Both the position numbers and the translations under genes were made by a program. Below the pieces are notes generated by a model. That model saw only the letters and a list, made by a program, of their open reading frames with translations. It made no database searches and was not told where the DNA came from. Below are positions 8,757 through 19,517 of a stretch of 64,000 bases of DNA, piece by piece. The DNA lies in assembly GCA_049320885.1 (NCBI GenBank), contig JBMORA010000018.1:64001-128000 (forward strand), read 5' to 3'. The DNA comes from Thermodesulfobacteriota bacterium. Its GTDB lineage: Bacteria; Desulfobacterota; Desulfobacteria; Desulfobacterales; SURF-7. Every line of letters begins with the position of its first letter. Position 1 is the stretch's first letter.

Positions 8757-10489
8757 CTTTGTGTCACCCGCAACACTTCCGCGATACTGGTGATGCCGCG
8801 CAGTACTTTCAGGATTCCGTCCCCCCGCAGGGTGACCATTCCCTGCCGGACCGCCTCCTGTTTGATCAGGTTGGAGTCAAAGGTTTCCAAAACCAGCTTT
8901 TTCATGCGGGCATCCATGATCAGGATTTCAGTAATACTGATCCTTCCCCGATACCCGGTGTTGAAACAACGCTCGCAACCCCTGGCCCGGAAAATCGAGC
9001 TCTGGCGCGCCTGTTCCTCGCCGACGCCGATGCTCTTCAGGGTGGCCTCGTCGGGCATGTACGGTTCCCGGCAATCGGTGCAGAGAACTCTCACCAGGCG
9101 CTGGGCCATGACCGCGATCACCGAGGAGGAAATCAGGAAGGGCTCGATCCCGATGTCCACCAGCCGGGTGATGGCGCTGGCCGAATCATTGGTGTGCAGG
9201 GTGGAAAACACCAGATGACCGGTGAGGGCGGACTGAACGGCGATATCAGCGGTTTCCTTGTCGCGGATTTCGCCCACCAGCATGACATCCGGGTCCTGGC
9301 GCATGATGGAACGCAGCCCCCGGGCGAATGTCAGGCCGATTTTCGGACTGACCTGAATCTGGCCGATACCCTGGATTTGATATTCAACCGGGTCTTCAAT
9401 GGTGATGATGTTGATATCCGGCTTGTTGATGGTGGACAGAATGGCATACAGGGTCGTGGTCTTGCCGCTTCCGGTTGGTCCGGTCACCAGGATGATGCCG
9501 TTGGGCGCCGTGATCAGGTCCTTGATCAAAACCAGCTTGTCCGGCTCAAACCCGATATCCGTCAATTCCAGCAGGGCGCTGGCCTTGTTCAACAGACGCA
9601 ACACCACCCGCTCGCCGAAGGAAATCGGAATTGTGGATACCCGGATATCGATCACCTGGTCTCCCTTGCGGACTTCAATTCTTCCGTCCTGGGGCAGCCG
9701 CTTTTCCGCTATATTCATGCGGGCCATGACCTTGATCCTGGAAATCAGCGCCGCCTGAATCCATTTGGGCGGTTTCAGCGAGTCATACAAGATTCCATCC
9801 ACGCGATAACGCACCTTGAAACTGTCCTGGTAAGGCTCCACATGAATGTCGCTGGCTCCGGCCTTGATCGCCTGGGACAGGATATGGTTAACCAGTTTGA
9901 TGATGGGGGCGTCACTGGTGTCGTCCAGGAGATCGGCGGTTTCCTCGATGGTGTCGATGATGGTGCTGCCGTTTTCCTCCATGTCCTGGACCAGTTGCTG
10001 GGCGGAATCCGTCCCATGGTCAAAGGACAGGTTGATGGCCGTCAAAATGGCTTCCCGGGTCGACAACACCAGCTGATGCGATTCAACCCCCAGCAGACGG
10101 ACCAGGTCGTCAACGGGCTGGAAATTGGTGGGATTGTTGACGGCGATCAGACAGCCGCCGGCGTCTTGCCCGGCCACGGGTTGTTTCCCCGATCCCGGCA
10201 AGGGTTCGCTCCCCCGCATGGGCACCATGACATTTTTTTTCAGAAATTGAATCGACACCAGGCGGGTCAAATCAGGCCGGATATTGCCGATGGACAGCTC
10301 CGGCAGAAACGGAATATTGTAGTGAATGCTGTAGGCTTCCAGCAACTGTCTTTCGGTCAGGATCTTCCTCTCGATCAATACGTCGCCGAGACAGCCCGTG
10401 CCGGCGATTTTCTCCGCCAGGGCCTTGTGGTAGACGTCTTCCGGTATTCCGAAATATTGCTGCAACGTATGCTGAAAGGATGTATTCAT
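8753..10489 (-). CDS. gspE: Type II secretion system ATPase GspE
   Basis: ASDIHVEP, EKRLPQDGRI, GPTGSGKTTT, TIEDPVEY, RQDPDVMLVGEIRD, LSTLH-type box, CxxC...CxxC; last gene of the gsp operon. Confidence 0.95.
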   Translation of the reverse strand: MNTSFQHTLQQYFGIPEDVYHKALAEKIAGTGCLGDVLIERKILTERQLLEAYSIHYNIPFLPELSIGNIRPDLTRLVSIQFLKKNVMVPMRGSEPLPGSGKQPVAGQDAGGCLIAVNNPTNFQPVDDLVRLLGVESHQLVLSTREAILTAINLSFDHGTDSAQQLVQDMEENGSTIIDTIEETADLLDDTSDAPIIKLVNHILSQAIKAGASDIHVEPYQDSFKVRYRVDGILYDSLKPPKWIQAALISRIKVMARMNIAEKRLPQDGRIEVRKGDQVIDIRVSTIPISFGERVVLRLLNKASALLELTDIGFEPDKLVLIKDLITAPNGIILVTGPTGSGKTTTLYAILSTINKPDINIITIEDPVEYQIQGIGQIQVSPKIGLTFARGLRSIMRQDPDVMLVGEIRDKETADIAVQSALTGHLVFSTLHTNDSASAITRLVDIGIEPFLISSSVIAVMAQRLVRVLCTDCREPYMPDEATLKSIGVGEEQARQSSIFRARGCERCFNTGYRGRISITEILIMDARMKKLVLETFDSNLIKQEAVRQGMVTLRGDGILKVLRGITSIAEVLRVTQR

Positions 10490-10534
10490 AAGTTTTTTTC
10501 AGTACGAATCCATACCGCCGGGAATCGATTCGGC

Positions 10535-12661
10535 TTATTCGCCGATTATTTTCTTTTCGGATTTCATTCTCCAGGAATCGGCTTCACTCTTGTACAGCTT
10601 GATTTGTCCCGCCTTCATGATCTGCTCGATTTCGGCTTTCTTGCGTTCCTTTATTTCCAGCGCCTCCGCCGGATTTTTAATGATATGGGGCGTCAGGAAA
10701 AAATAGAGATCCGTCTTACCGCTCGCATTGGTAACACTTTTAAACAACCAACCCACCATCGGGATATCTCCCAGGCAGGGAATGGAGGAATCGGACTTGC
10801 TCAGGCTGTCGTCGATCAAGCCGCCGATGACCACCGTATTGCGATCATTGACGATCACCGTGGTTTCCACCGTACGCTTCAGGGTTGTCGGGGTGGTCTC
10901 TTCCGTGTTGGTATTGGCGGCCGTGTCCAGCTTGGTCACCTCCAGGGAAATATTCAGCCGCACCAGTTTGTCCTTGCTGATCTGGGGGGTAACCTTCAAT
11001 TTATTGCCCACGTCCTTATACTCGTAATTGCGGTAGATATCCGTGATGGCCGTGCTGGCGCTGCCCTGCTTGGTCAGATACGGCACGTTGAGTCCCACGG
11101 TGATGGTGGCCTCCTGGTTATCCGTGGTGACGATCTGGGGTGTCGACAGGATATGAATTCCCTGCTCCTTTTTGGCCGCCTGAATCACCGCGGCCAGCGA
11201 CGGAAACTTGACCCCGTTGATATCGATGGTTTCCCCGAACACGCCCATGGAAAGACCCGCCGGATATGACGCCAGCCCCGCAGTGGTGGCGCTCGTGGCG
11301 CTCGTTGTGGCCGCCCCGGCTATGATTTCGCCGATACGACCATACGGGATATCCGTGCTGCCGCTGTAGCCGCCGCCGACGGCTCCGGTCTTGCCCTTGT
11401 ATTTGGCCTCGCCGGTCACCATCCATTCCGTGCCGACGCTGAAGCCCTTGTTCACATCCACTTCCATCATCAGGCATTCGATATACACCATGGCCCGGGG
11501 GATATCGAGCTTTTGGATGATTTCCTCCAGGGCCATATAGTCATCCTTGTCCGCCATGATGATCAGGCTGTTGGTGGCCTTGTCCGCCGTAATTTTCACT
11601 TTATCGGAAACCACCGGCTGGGCGGCCTTGCCGGCCCCGCCCTGAACCGCGGATACCGTATCCGCCGGCCCCTTGGAAGGCAGCAGCAGCAAAACCTTGG
11701 CCATGTCTTCGGCCACGGCGTGTTCCAGGTAATAGACATGAATATTCCCTTTACCCCGGGGTACATCCTTGTCCAGCAACTCGATGAGTTTTTTGGCCCG
11801 CAAGGTGTCCACCTCGCTGGCCAGCAATATAATGGTGTTGGTGCGCTCATCGGCGACGAACTTGGTGGTTTCGACGGTGGGGACGGCGGGAGGAGGCATT
11901 CTGACTCCTGTCCGTGAATCTTCCTTGAAAATCGTTTCCAGAATTTTCACCAATTTGGCGGCGTCGGCCGCCACCAGCGGGATGATGGAAATCTCACGGC
12001 CGATTCCGGTGACATCAATGGCGTCTATGATGCGCATCAGCCGCTGGATATTCGAATAGATATCGGTCATGATCAGCATGTTGGTCTGGGGATAGGACAG
12101 CATGACGCTGTTTTTGGAGATCAGCGGCGCCAGCAGCCGCTTCACCTCCTCCGCGCCGGCATATTTCAGCGGAACAATCTGGGTGACGATTTTATCGTCC
12201 GTTTCCCGCCGCGATTCCTTCAGGAGGGTGTCGATGTTTTTGGTGCGCGCATCCGGCGCCGGAACGATTTTCACGATTTCACCGGCCTTCACGGTTGCAA
12301 AACCGTGAACCTCCAAAACCGATTCGAAAACCTTGAAAGCCTCCTTTTCAGTGATTTTGGAAGGAGAAATAATCGTGACCTTGCCCTTGACGCGCTCGTC
12401 CACCACGAAGTTCTTCCCGGTCAGCTCACTGATGAACTTAATAAACACCTGGATGTCCACATTATTGAAATCAATCGAAACATAGCGTTTGGCCGGATCG
12501 GCCGGACTTTTGACGGCATCGGGTCCGGTCCGGGGAACCTTGGCCGGGGCCGCCGGCGAAGCCGTCTGGGCGTAAAGGCCGTTGGAAAACGCCAGCAGCC
12601 AAGCAATGATGAGGGCCATCCACCGCGCCCGCCTCTTGTCGATCATGTACAATGCAGTCAT
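10535..12661 (-). CDS. gspD: Type II secretion system secretin GspD
   Basis: Signal peptide, N0 domain (IDFNNVDIQVFIKFISELTGKNFVVD), N1-N3 repeats, secretin C-domain (LSTPQIVTTDNQEA, IPCLGDIPMVGWLFK). Confidence 0.95.
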   Translation of the reverse strand: MTALYMIDKRRARWMALIIAWLLAFSNGLYAQTASPAAPAKVPRTGPDAVKSPADPAKRYVSIDFNNVDIQVFIKFISELTGKNFVVDERVKGKVTIISPSKITEKEAFKVFESVLEVHGFATVKAGEIVKIVPAPDARTKNIDTLLKESRRETDDKIVTQIVPLKYAGAEEVKRLLAPLISKNSVMLSYPQTNMLIMTDIYSNIQRLMRIIDAIDVTGIGREISIIPLVAADAAKLVKILETIFKEDSRTGVRMPPPAVPTVETTKFVADERTNTIILLASEVDTLRAKKLIELLDKDVPRGKGNIHVYYLEHAVAEDMAKVLLLLPSKGPADTVSAVQGGAGKAAQPVVSDKVKITADKATNSLIIMADKDDYMALEEIIQKLDIPRAMVYIECLMMEVDVNKGFSVGTEWMVTGEAKYKGKTGAVGGGYSGSTDIPYGRIGEIIAGAATTSATSATTAGLASYPAGLSMGVFGETIDINGVKFPSLAAVIQAAKKEQGIHILSTPQIVTTDNQEATITVGLNVPYLTKQGSASTAITDIYRNYEYKDVGNKLKVTPQISKDKLVRLNISLEVTKLDTAANTNTEETTPTTLKRTVETTVIVNDRNTVVIGGLIDDSLSKSDSSIPCLGDIPMVGWLFKSVTNASGKTDLYFFLTPHIIKNPAEALEIKERKKAEIEQIMKAGQIKLYKSEADSWRMKSEKKIIGE

Positions 12662-12744
12662 CTCTTTATCCCGATATCCGTATCTGCCATGCTGTTACAG
12701 GTTCCCGGCGCCAGGTCCGGCGCATGGTAATGACGGTTCCTCTT

Positions 12745-13602
12745 CTATTTGATCATGTACTCGATGGTTCTCGGCCGCCCCTGCCGTTTGATTTCCAAGG
12801 TCAACCCGCTGGACGACCGGATGCTTTCATAAAATTTCAGGGCGTCATCCACGGATTCGATCCGCTGACCATCCACCCCGGTGATGACATCGCCATTGCG
12901 CAGCCCCATCCGCCGGAAAATCGATTGCGGATTGACGCTGCTGAGCATCAGGCCTTCGGGCTGACCGTTCTCAAAATACGGCCGCACCTTGACCTGACCC
13001 ATCAGTTCACTGACATTCTGCATGGCCGTATCGATCTGGGAACGCATCAGAGTGATCCGTTGGGCCCCGGCTCCGACTACGGACGCGGGCCCAGCCAGGG
13101 GTTGCGGCCCCCCCATGGTGACGCCGGGCTTTTCTTCCATGGACAGTTTTTCATCCCGTCCGTTCACCGTGAGCACCACCTGCTCCCGCAGGATCAATTT
13201 CAAAACCGCGTTCTGGATCGTGTCCCCTTCCCGATACAAATCCTGTCTGCGTTCCTTGGTGTCCTCGATGACGGCATAAGCTCCCTGGTCCTTGTCACGC
13301 GTGACCGTACCCCACAGTTTGAGACTCAGCTCCGTCTGTTTCATCCCCTCCAGAATTTTATCGTCCGGAATCGCCCCCGCCGCCGTTTTGCGGGTCTGGA
13401 ACAAATTCCTGCGGATGATCTCGTTATAGGCCGAAAGCGGCTGGACAGCCTTGTCCGCTGTCATGGTCGGAGGCACCGTGGACGAATCCGCCGGCTCAAC
13501 CAAAACCGGCGATAGCGTCGCCAGACGGTAGCATCCCTTGACCCCGAAAAAGGAAAGGAAAGCGATCAGCACCAGATTGATGATGGTAAACACGTGGTTC
13601 AT
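12745..13602 (-). CDS. gspC: Type II secretion system protein GspC (TM, HR domain, PDZ)
   Basis: Start probably ATG 13602. N-terminal TM, IIRRNLF, LKLWGTV, QDLYREGD, PDZ (GLRNGDVITGVDG). Confidence 0.9.
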   Translation of the reverse strand: MNHVFTIINLVLIAFLSFFGVKGCYRLATLSPVLVEPADSSTVPPTMTADKAVQPLSAYNEIIRRNLFQTRKTAAGAIPDDKILEGMKQTELSLKLWGTVTRDKDQGAYAVIEDTKERRQDLYREGDTIQNAVLKLILREQVVLTVNGRDEKLSMEEKPGVTMGGPQPLAGPASVVGAGAQRITLMRSQIDTAMQNVSELMGQVKVRPYFENGQPEGLMLSSVNPQSIFRRMGLRNGDVITGVDGQRIESVDDALKFYESIRSSSGLTLEIKRQGRPRTIEYMIK

Positions 13603-13636
13603 TATCCAGGTCTCCGCAACCCTTTCCAGCCAGCCA

Positions 13637-14500
13637 TTATCGCAGGGAAAATTTCGGATTTTGGGCCGTACCGTCGATACGGAAAGCAATACTTTTTTTC
13701 CCCGCGTTTTTCAATAGCGCATCCAATGGGAGCTTGCGCCGCAATTTATCCAGCAGCAGGGGCTGGGGCGTCGCTTCCCCCGTCAGATTGAGAATGCTGT
13801 TTTGCACCGGAGTTCGGATCATGATCGATCCGGTGATGCTTCCGTCCACGTCCGCCCCCCTGGTTTTCAACCGATCGATGGTCAGACGGTTGTTCGTCAT
13901 CGTAAGGCCGGCCTCCATCTCGTCAAACGTGAGTTGATCAATGCCGTAATACGGTTCCGCAAGCTCGATCCCGGCCGCCGTCAGGCGCACATTCGTCTGG
14001 GCGGACCGGTCCATGGGGCCGTCCGCGGCGATCAGCAGACTGCCGGCAAGTTTGCCGGACAATTCATGGGGAATCCATTGTTTCAGCTTCGCCATATCCT
14101 GCAGCTCAATATCCGCGAATCTCGCCTCCACTGAAAATCGCCCCGGCTTTTGCAGGGAAACCACGGCATCGCCCGAAATCCCTCCGCCAAAGGCCTCGCA
14201 TTGAAAGCCCAGCGGGACGTCCTGGCCCAAGACGAATCGCCAGCCCACGGACAATTTCAGTTTCCCGACATCCAGCAGCTTCTGGTTTTGATAATACAGC
14301 CCCAGATTCCGAAAAGTCAGTCCAGGGGGAAAAGCCGGCCGGACATCGCCGATGTCCATATCCAATTCCGGCACATTCTGGCGCAAGTAAACGCCCACCC
14401 GGTTTTTCGTCTCCTCCGCGGGGAACAGGTAATAGACGAAAAACAAAATGGTCAACAGACTGTATCCGGAGTATAAAAAAACGATTTTTGTTCTGCTCAT
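13637..14500 (-). CDS. gspN: Type II secretion system protein GspN
   Basis: N-terminal TM ending YYLFP, beta-rich periplasmic region, C-terminal IDGTAQNP; lies between gspM and gspC. Confidence 0.82.
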   Translation of the reverse strand: MSRTKIVFLYSGYSLLTILFFVYYLFPAEETKNRVGVYLRQNVPELDMDIGDVRPAFPPGLTFRNLGLYYQNQKLLDVGKLKLSVGWRFVLGQDVPLGFQCEAFGGGISGDAVVSLQKPGRFSVEARFADIELQDMAKLKQWIPHELSGKLAGSLLIAADGPMDRSAQTNVRLTAAGIELAEPYYGIDQLTFDEMEAGLTMTNNRLTIDRLKTRGADVDGSITGSIMIRTPVQNSILNLTGEATPQPLLLDKLRRKLPLDALLKNAGKKSIAFRIDGTAQNPKFSLR

Positions 14501-14528
14501 ATCCCTTCACGGCTTCTATCGCCGTCGA

Positions 14529-15098
14529 TTAAGACTCGAAGGTTTCCACTTGCATCACCACCACCAGGGCCGCATCCTGCTTGTCCTTCTTGGTGATCGA
14601 AAGCCGTTTGACGTTCACCAGTTTACCGGCGGTTTCCACGCCGTACAAAAAATTCGTCAGCTGTTCCAAAGATATATTCCGCAGTTCCATTTCCACTATG
14701 GATTTTTTTAACTGACTGTTGGGGCTGGCGGACTCAGATGGTTTCATGTAGCTGATGTTGTCTTTTACACCGGCGGCTCCGGCCAACTTGTCGAGAAAGG
14801 AAAACAGGGTAAATCCCTTTTCCCGCATGGCCACCAACTGGGAAGATCGCTCGGTTTCCTGCCGCAGCGCCTCGTATTCCTTGGTCAGGATCCGGATTTC
14901 ATTCAGCGTCGCCATTCTGCCTGTTACAGCTGTCCGCATCCGTTTATGTTTTGCAAAAATGGGCGCCACGAGGAGTTGAAACAGCAGCAACGCCAGCAGA
15001 ATACCGGCGGCGGAATACACCACCAGCCGCTCCCGCCGGTTCAGCTTTCTTTCGATGTACAGTTTCAGTTTCCCGATCGTTGCCGCTTTGATGTTCAT
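14529..15098 (-). CDS. gspM: Type II secretion system protein GspM
   Basis: LNRRER motif before a single TM, coiled coil, ferredoxin-like C-domain (ISLEQLTNFLYGVE). Confidence 0.85.
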   Translation of the reverse strand: MNIKAATIGKLKLYIERKLNRRERLVVYSAAGILLALLLFQLLVAPIFAKHKRMRTAVTGRMATLNEIRILTKEYEALRQETERSSQLVAMREKGFTLFSFLDKLAGAAGVKDNISYMKPSESASPNSQLKKSIVEMELRNISLEQLTNFLYGVETAGKLVNVKRLSITKKDKQDAALVVVMQVETFES

Positions 15099-15120
15099 TC
15101 CTGGAACGCCCGACTGTATA

Positions 15121-16572
15121 TTATAATTGAATCTTCAGCTTGAATGCCACCCGGTTGCCGTTTCGGTCCTGATTGGCCGAACTGATGGTTGCCGATGAGA
15201 ACAATTCGCTATTTTCCAACAGGTTCTTGATATCATCCACCATGGTCAGGCTGGCAGTGTCACCGCTGAGCTGCACGCTGTCCGGCCCGATGACCAACTG
15301 GGTCAGATCCACATCAATCCGGTCCGGAATCCGCTTGCTGATGTCGTTCAGGATATCGATGGCGCGAACCGCCCGCGCCTTATCGTCCGATACGGCGGAA
15401 GCCTCCCGAATCGTCTTGATTTCCGCCCGCATCTGCTGAACCGGATCAACGATGCGGGTTACCTGGGGAAAGGCGGCCCTGAACATTTCCCCGATTCGCT
15501 TGTCCATGACATCGATCTGTTTTCCCATGGCGTAAAAATCAAGCACCAGGTTGGCAAAAGCTGCCGTCAGCACAATGCCGGTCAAAAATGCCGCCTGCAG
15601 AATGTTTTTTTTATACGCCAGCCACTGTTTCATGGCGGTGAATCGCCGGCCGCCGAAATTAAAAACAGGGACATTGAGTTCCTTGCTGAGGGCCAGGGAA
15701 AGGGCATTGTCCATCAGCAGGGGGCGCCAGTCATCATCCCGCGGTTTAACGACGGTCAAACCCGCGTCCCGGACCAGATTGACCATTTTTACGGGAATCG
15801 ACAGCAAGCGGGTGAGTTCTTCCGCGAAACCTTCCGACGCTGCCCCGCTTCCGGTGACATGAACTTCCACGGGCGAAAAAATGACTCCCAGGATTTCCTC
15901 GGCCGCCGCCAAGGTGCGCCGGATATTGGTATCGATCATTTCCATGCGGCGCTGACCGCTGGCGTCCAATCCGAAAGCTCGAATCAGGCAGATCCGGCCG
16001 CCATGTACGGCAAACAGCGCCGCCTTGTTCGGCTCCACATCCACCAGCAGATATTGTTCCGGAATGTCCGGCAGACGGCGCAGGCAGTAGGCTGCCGGGT
16101 ACCCGCTCACGGTGATGGCGTCGACTTCAACCCCGACTGAGGCCAACCGGTTCCGAAGGTTGGACGGCAGGGATTTTTCCACCGTGGCCGTCAGCAAAGC
16201 CGACTGGCCGGAGGGTTGCGGCAGGTCCAGGATGTGAAAATCCGTCATGGCATCATCAATGGAAAGCGGCAGACTGGGTTCCAGTTCGAACGGAAGAATC
16301 TGTTTGATCTTCCTGGTTTCGGCGAACGGGACCCTCATATTCCGGAAGGATATCCGGTCGGCGGGCAACGAAGCGATACAGACGCTGCCGGCCGGGTCAA
16401 CCACCGTCAGAATTTTTTTCAGGGCCTCGACCTGTTTGTCTTCCGCTTCCGGGAAATCCGCCAGCGCCACAACCGCATGGGATTCGATCTCGAGGCCCTT
16501 CAGGCCCACGGCGACCATCACCGCCGAGATGGAATCCTGCTTGATGTCGATCCCCAGATATTTTCTGCTCAT
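15121..16572 (-). CDS. gspL: Type II secretion system protein GspL (PilM-like cytoplasmic domain plus PilN-like periplasmic domain)
   Basis: YLGIDI actin-like start, LPFELEPSLP, TM helix, AFPQVTRIVDPVQQM, PilN-like C-terminus. Confidence 0.88.
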   Translation of the reverse strand: MSRKYLGIDIKQDSISAVMVAVGLKGLEIESHAVVALADFPEAEDKQVEALKKILTVVDPAGSVCIASLPADRISFRNMRVPFAETRKIKQILPFELEPSLPLSIDDAMTDFHILDLPQPSGQSALLTATVEKSLPSNLRNRLASVGVEVDAITVSGYPAAYCLRRLPDIPEQYLLVDVEPNKAALFAVHGGRICLIRAFGLDASGQRRMEMIDTNIRRTLAAAEEILGVIFSPVEVHVTGSGAASEGFAEELTRLLSIPVKMVNLVRDAGLTVVKPRDDDWRPLLMDNALSLALSKELNVPVFNFGGRRFTAMKQWLAYKKNILQAAFLTGIVLTAAFANLVLDFYAMGKQIDVMDKRIGEMFRAAFPQVTRIVDPVQQMRAEIKTIREASAVSDDKARAVRAIDILNDISKRIPDRIDVDLTQLVIGPDSVQLSGDTASLTMVDDIKNLLENSELFSSATISSANQDRNGNRVAFKLKIQL

Positions 16573-16672
16573 TGTCGGGGTCCCATGATCTTTTCATTCA
16601 GGAGTCTTCTTTCCCACCCCTGTTCCATTGCCATGTCGATGAAAAAACGCGCCCGGAGAGAACAGCTATAAT

Positions 16673-17764
16673 CTATTCCATCTCCCAACTCAAGACCCGG
16701 CATTGCCATTTGCCTGTTTCCGTATTTTTTTCCCGTTCGACAACGGCAATTGTGGTCTGCTTGACGCCGTGCAGCTCAGCGGTCGCCATGATCCGGAAGC
16801 AGTCGCTCTGGATGGTGATGAGATCCGGTTCGATGGTGATGTCGCCAAGGCCCGGCGCGCTCCGATACCAGTCCGGACTAGTGAGATCATGAACGAATTT
16901 GCCGCCGGACATCTCATCCCGATATTCCACTATTGCCTGGGCCAGGCTGGGATTCTCCCCGTCCGGCAGCAGCGCCGCGATCACCGGCAAGGAAGCCGTA
17001 TTGATATTGATTTTACCGGGGTAGGTGGATGTCCCCTGCCCTTCCCCTTCCTTCCCGATCATCCCGTGTACGGTCAGGTAATCCCAGATGAACGCGGAGC
17101 TGTCGACGGCCTCCAGGAGTTTGCGGACCCCTTTCACCAGCAGCAATTCCGAAACATGACGCATGGGCCCGTTCTGACAACGATATGGTGTTTCAAGATC
17201 TTGATAATAATCCGATTCTGCCCCACTCGCCCCGCTGATGGCATCGTCATCCCCCGAATCCAGCCAGTCCTTCATGGAATCGACGATGGCCATGGGACTG
17301 GTGTCGTCGTCATTCAGTCCTTCCATGGGCCTGATATATCTCAGGAAACGAAGCCACATCTGAAACTGGGGTTCGTTCGGTGTCTGGCCTTCCGGGAAAT
17401 TCACCAAGGCGTTGACCTGTATCCGGCTGAGTTCGTCGCTGATGACAAGGGTGAGCGTCCCTTCCTCAAAGGGAAATTCCTGAAGCGCCTGTTCGGTTAT
17501 GGTGGCGTCGGCCCATTCTTCCTGCAGGGAATCCACGTTGTCGGATTCGTTCTTGTCTCTGACCAGCATCCCCATGCCCACCTGCACCGCGGAGGAGGCC
17601 ATATGGGCGAGGGTGATTTTTTGGTGGATGACACCGGTCATGTCCGCGGCCGAGCCGACTTTTCGGTTTAATTCCATCACCGTCGTCATCAACAGAACAA
17701 TGACCGTCAGAGTGATCAGGACGGCGATTCCATGGCGGTTCTTCACTGGAAGCAGCGATTTCAC
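16673..17764 (-). CDS. gspK: Type II secretion minor pseudopilin GspK
   Basis: G|IAVLITL prepilin-like start, DELSRIQVN, DWLDSGDD, ELLLVKG, KININTAS. Confidence 0.93.
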   Translation of the reverse strand: MKSLLPVKNRHGIAVLITLTVIVLLMTTVMELNRKVGSAADMTGVIHQKITLAHMASSAVQVGMGMLVRDKNESDNVDSLQEEWADATITEQALQEFPFEEGTLTLVISDELSRIQVNALVNFPEGQTPNEPQFQMWLRFLRYIRPMEGLNDDDTSPMAIVDSMKDWLDSGDDDAISGASGAESDYYQDLETPYRCQNGPMRHVSELLLVKGVRKLLEAVDSSAFIWDYLTVHGMIGKEGEGQGTSTYPGKININTASLPVIAALLPDGENPSLAQAIVEYRDEMSGGKFVHDLTSPDWYRSAPGLGDITIEPDLITIQSDCFRIMATAELHGVKQTTIAVVEREKNTETGKWQCRVLSWEME

Positions 17765-18532
17765 CTAAAGGGTATTCTCCTTCTTCAACCGCCGGACGGG
17801 CAACGCCACCATCGTTTCAAACGGATGCACCGTCCCGCCGCTCTCCATCTCGAGAATCAGCCGGATCGCGGCAGGAGTGGCATAGCCGGTTTCGTCGGCA
17901 TCCGAATCCCAGGTCTCGTGCTCCTCCCCGTCCTCATCATAAAATAAAAACCGCAACGATTTCACGTCCCGGCACAGGATCGGATCATTTCTCGGCAGTT
18001 CCGGCGACGCCTCCAGGATCTGGCAGTCCGACCGCCGCAACACGTTCACCCCATCCATTCGGTCGACATAATAGGTGATCTCCCCTATTCCCTCGGGCAG
18101 ACCGCCGGAAAGCGGCAGATGGGCTCCAGAGGCAAACCGCAGTTTATACCGGCCTCCCTCCACATCCGTGTCCATTTCTTCGCAGACCAGCCGATAGGGA
18201 TCCGGCGTGTCGGTTTTTTCCGGCGATTGATACATCGAATCCGGCGTGATCTGAATCGCCGTGAGATCCGCCGTCATCCGGTAAAAACATCCCTGGGCCA
18301 TGGCATAAATCCGCAGGTGTTCCTCCACTGCTTCGCTATTGGAAAACAGGAGTTGAAACGATCCGAAAATGGTCACCATGATGATGGTCATGATGAAAAC
18401 GGCCAGCAATACTTCAATCAAGGTAAAACCCGCTGTCCGCCCTGCTCGTTTATCATTCACCTGCGCCGACCTTTCCGGTGCCGCCCGATCAGCAAGCGGC
18501 GGTATCTGTATAAGGGGATCACGGCGACCCAA
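17765..18532 (-). CDS. gspJ: Type II secretion minor pseudopilin GspJ
   Basis: G|FTLIEVLLAV N-methylation motif and C-terminal W-D...P-x-A-I-R pattern. The start may be GTG 18460. Confidence 0.85.
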   Translation of the reverse strand: MGRRDPLIQIPPLADRAAPERSAQVNDKRAGRTAGFTLIEVLLAVFIMTIIMVTIFGSFQLLFSNSEAVEEHLRIYAMAQGCFYRMTADLTAIQITPDSMYQSPEKTDTPDPYRLVCEEMDTDVEGGRYKLRFASGAHLPLSGGLPEGIGEITYYVDRMDGVNVLRRSDCQILEASPELPRNDPILCRDVKSLRFLFYDEDGEEHETWDSDADETGYATPAAIRLILEMESGGTVHPFETMVALPVRRLKKENTL

Positions 18533-18920
18533 ACCGATAGCTTCTCAGGGTGTACTTCTGCTCCCCGGAATTCGCGGAAACGGTGACATCGATCCGCTTC
18601 ATATCGGCGGCCGCGGGCCCCAGGGTTTCCGATTCCACCGCCTGGATGGTAAATTGAAACCGATACCCGTCGAAGCGGTCACCGAAATCACCTTCGCCTT
18701 CCTCCTGCTTTTCCTGAAGACCGGCTTCTATTTCAGCCATTTTCTCCTGGGCCAGCAACGGAGCGACGGTATAAAACTGCGATCCGCCGGCCATCATGAC
18801 GGTTTGGGAATGAACGTGAAAAACAGCGGTTAATACAATGGCGATAATGGACAGGGCCACCATGACTTCCAGCAGGGTAAACCCTCTGGGGGGATGGAGA
18901 AGGCGGATACCCATGATCAT
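18519..18920 (-). CDS. gspI: Type II secretion minor pseudopilin GspI
   Basis: G|FTLLEVMVALSI, LAQEKMAEIE, EGEGDFG, 133 aa; position in the operon. Confidence 0.87.
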   Translation of the reverse strand: MIMGIRLLHPPRGFTLLEVMVALSIIAIVLTAVFHVHSQTVMMAGGSQFYTVAPLLAQEKMAEIEAGLQEKQEEGEGDFGDRFDGYRFQFTIQAVESETLGPAAADMKRIDVTVSANSGEQKYTLRSYRFGSP

Positions 18921-19465
18921 TGCGGATAACTCACATATTCTTCCCGAAGTTCGACGGTCGCCAGGAATGGCTCAATCAACAGGGAAATCGGTTTTTCATC
19001 CCTTCCGATCAGATGAATGACGGCTCGGTCCGAATACCCCTTTTTAAAAAAATGAATCTCCGCGGTCTCCTGTGAAACAGCACCTTTTCCGAAAAACTCC
19101 ACATCGGTCAGACGCAGGCTTTCCGGCAGCGGATATGCACTTGCCGCGGCTTTTTCCAATTCCTCCTCCGAAGCCATGGTTTCATCGGCGACCCATATCC
19201 GCTGTTCACGGAGATCCAGGTGCATGGTGAAATCCCTCTGCCGATGAACGGCGTTGACTTTCAGCTGGCCGGTTTGCACCAACAGAAATCGAATGGCGGC
19301 ATCGGTATTGTCCTCGAACAGAAACGCCGAAAAACGAGGGGTGGCCACAAAGAGCATGATGGCGATGACAGCCATGACCACAACCAGTTCAATCAGGGTG
19401 AAGCCCTCGGCGCCAGCTGGAACATCAGCCCGCCGCGACGGCTGCTGGAGGTCATCGGACGTCAA
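18917..19465 (-). CDS. gspH: Type II secretion minor pseudopilin GspH
   Basis: G|FTLIELVVVMAVI; lies between gspG and gspI. The listed ORF overlaps gspG, so the true start is probably TTG near 19465 (uncertain). Confidence 0.8.
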   Translation of the reverse strand: MTSDDLQQPSRRADVPAGAEGFTLIELVVVMAVIAIMLFVATPRFSAFLFEDNTDAAIRFLLVQTGQLKVNAVHRQRDFTMHLDLREQRIWVADETMASEEELEKAAASAYPLPESLRLTDVEFFGKGAVSQETAEIHFFKKGYSDRAVIHLIGRDEKPISLLIEPFLATVELREEYVSYPQ

Positions 19466-19517
19466 CTCCCGCCGATCGCCAAGGGCTCCGAAGCACCATG
19501 AGTCGGCCGGTGGACGC

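Noticed and set aside
8759..11269. 836-aa plus-strand ORF
   Set aside because: Antisense shadow of gspE/gspD with no recognisable domain.
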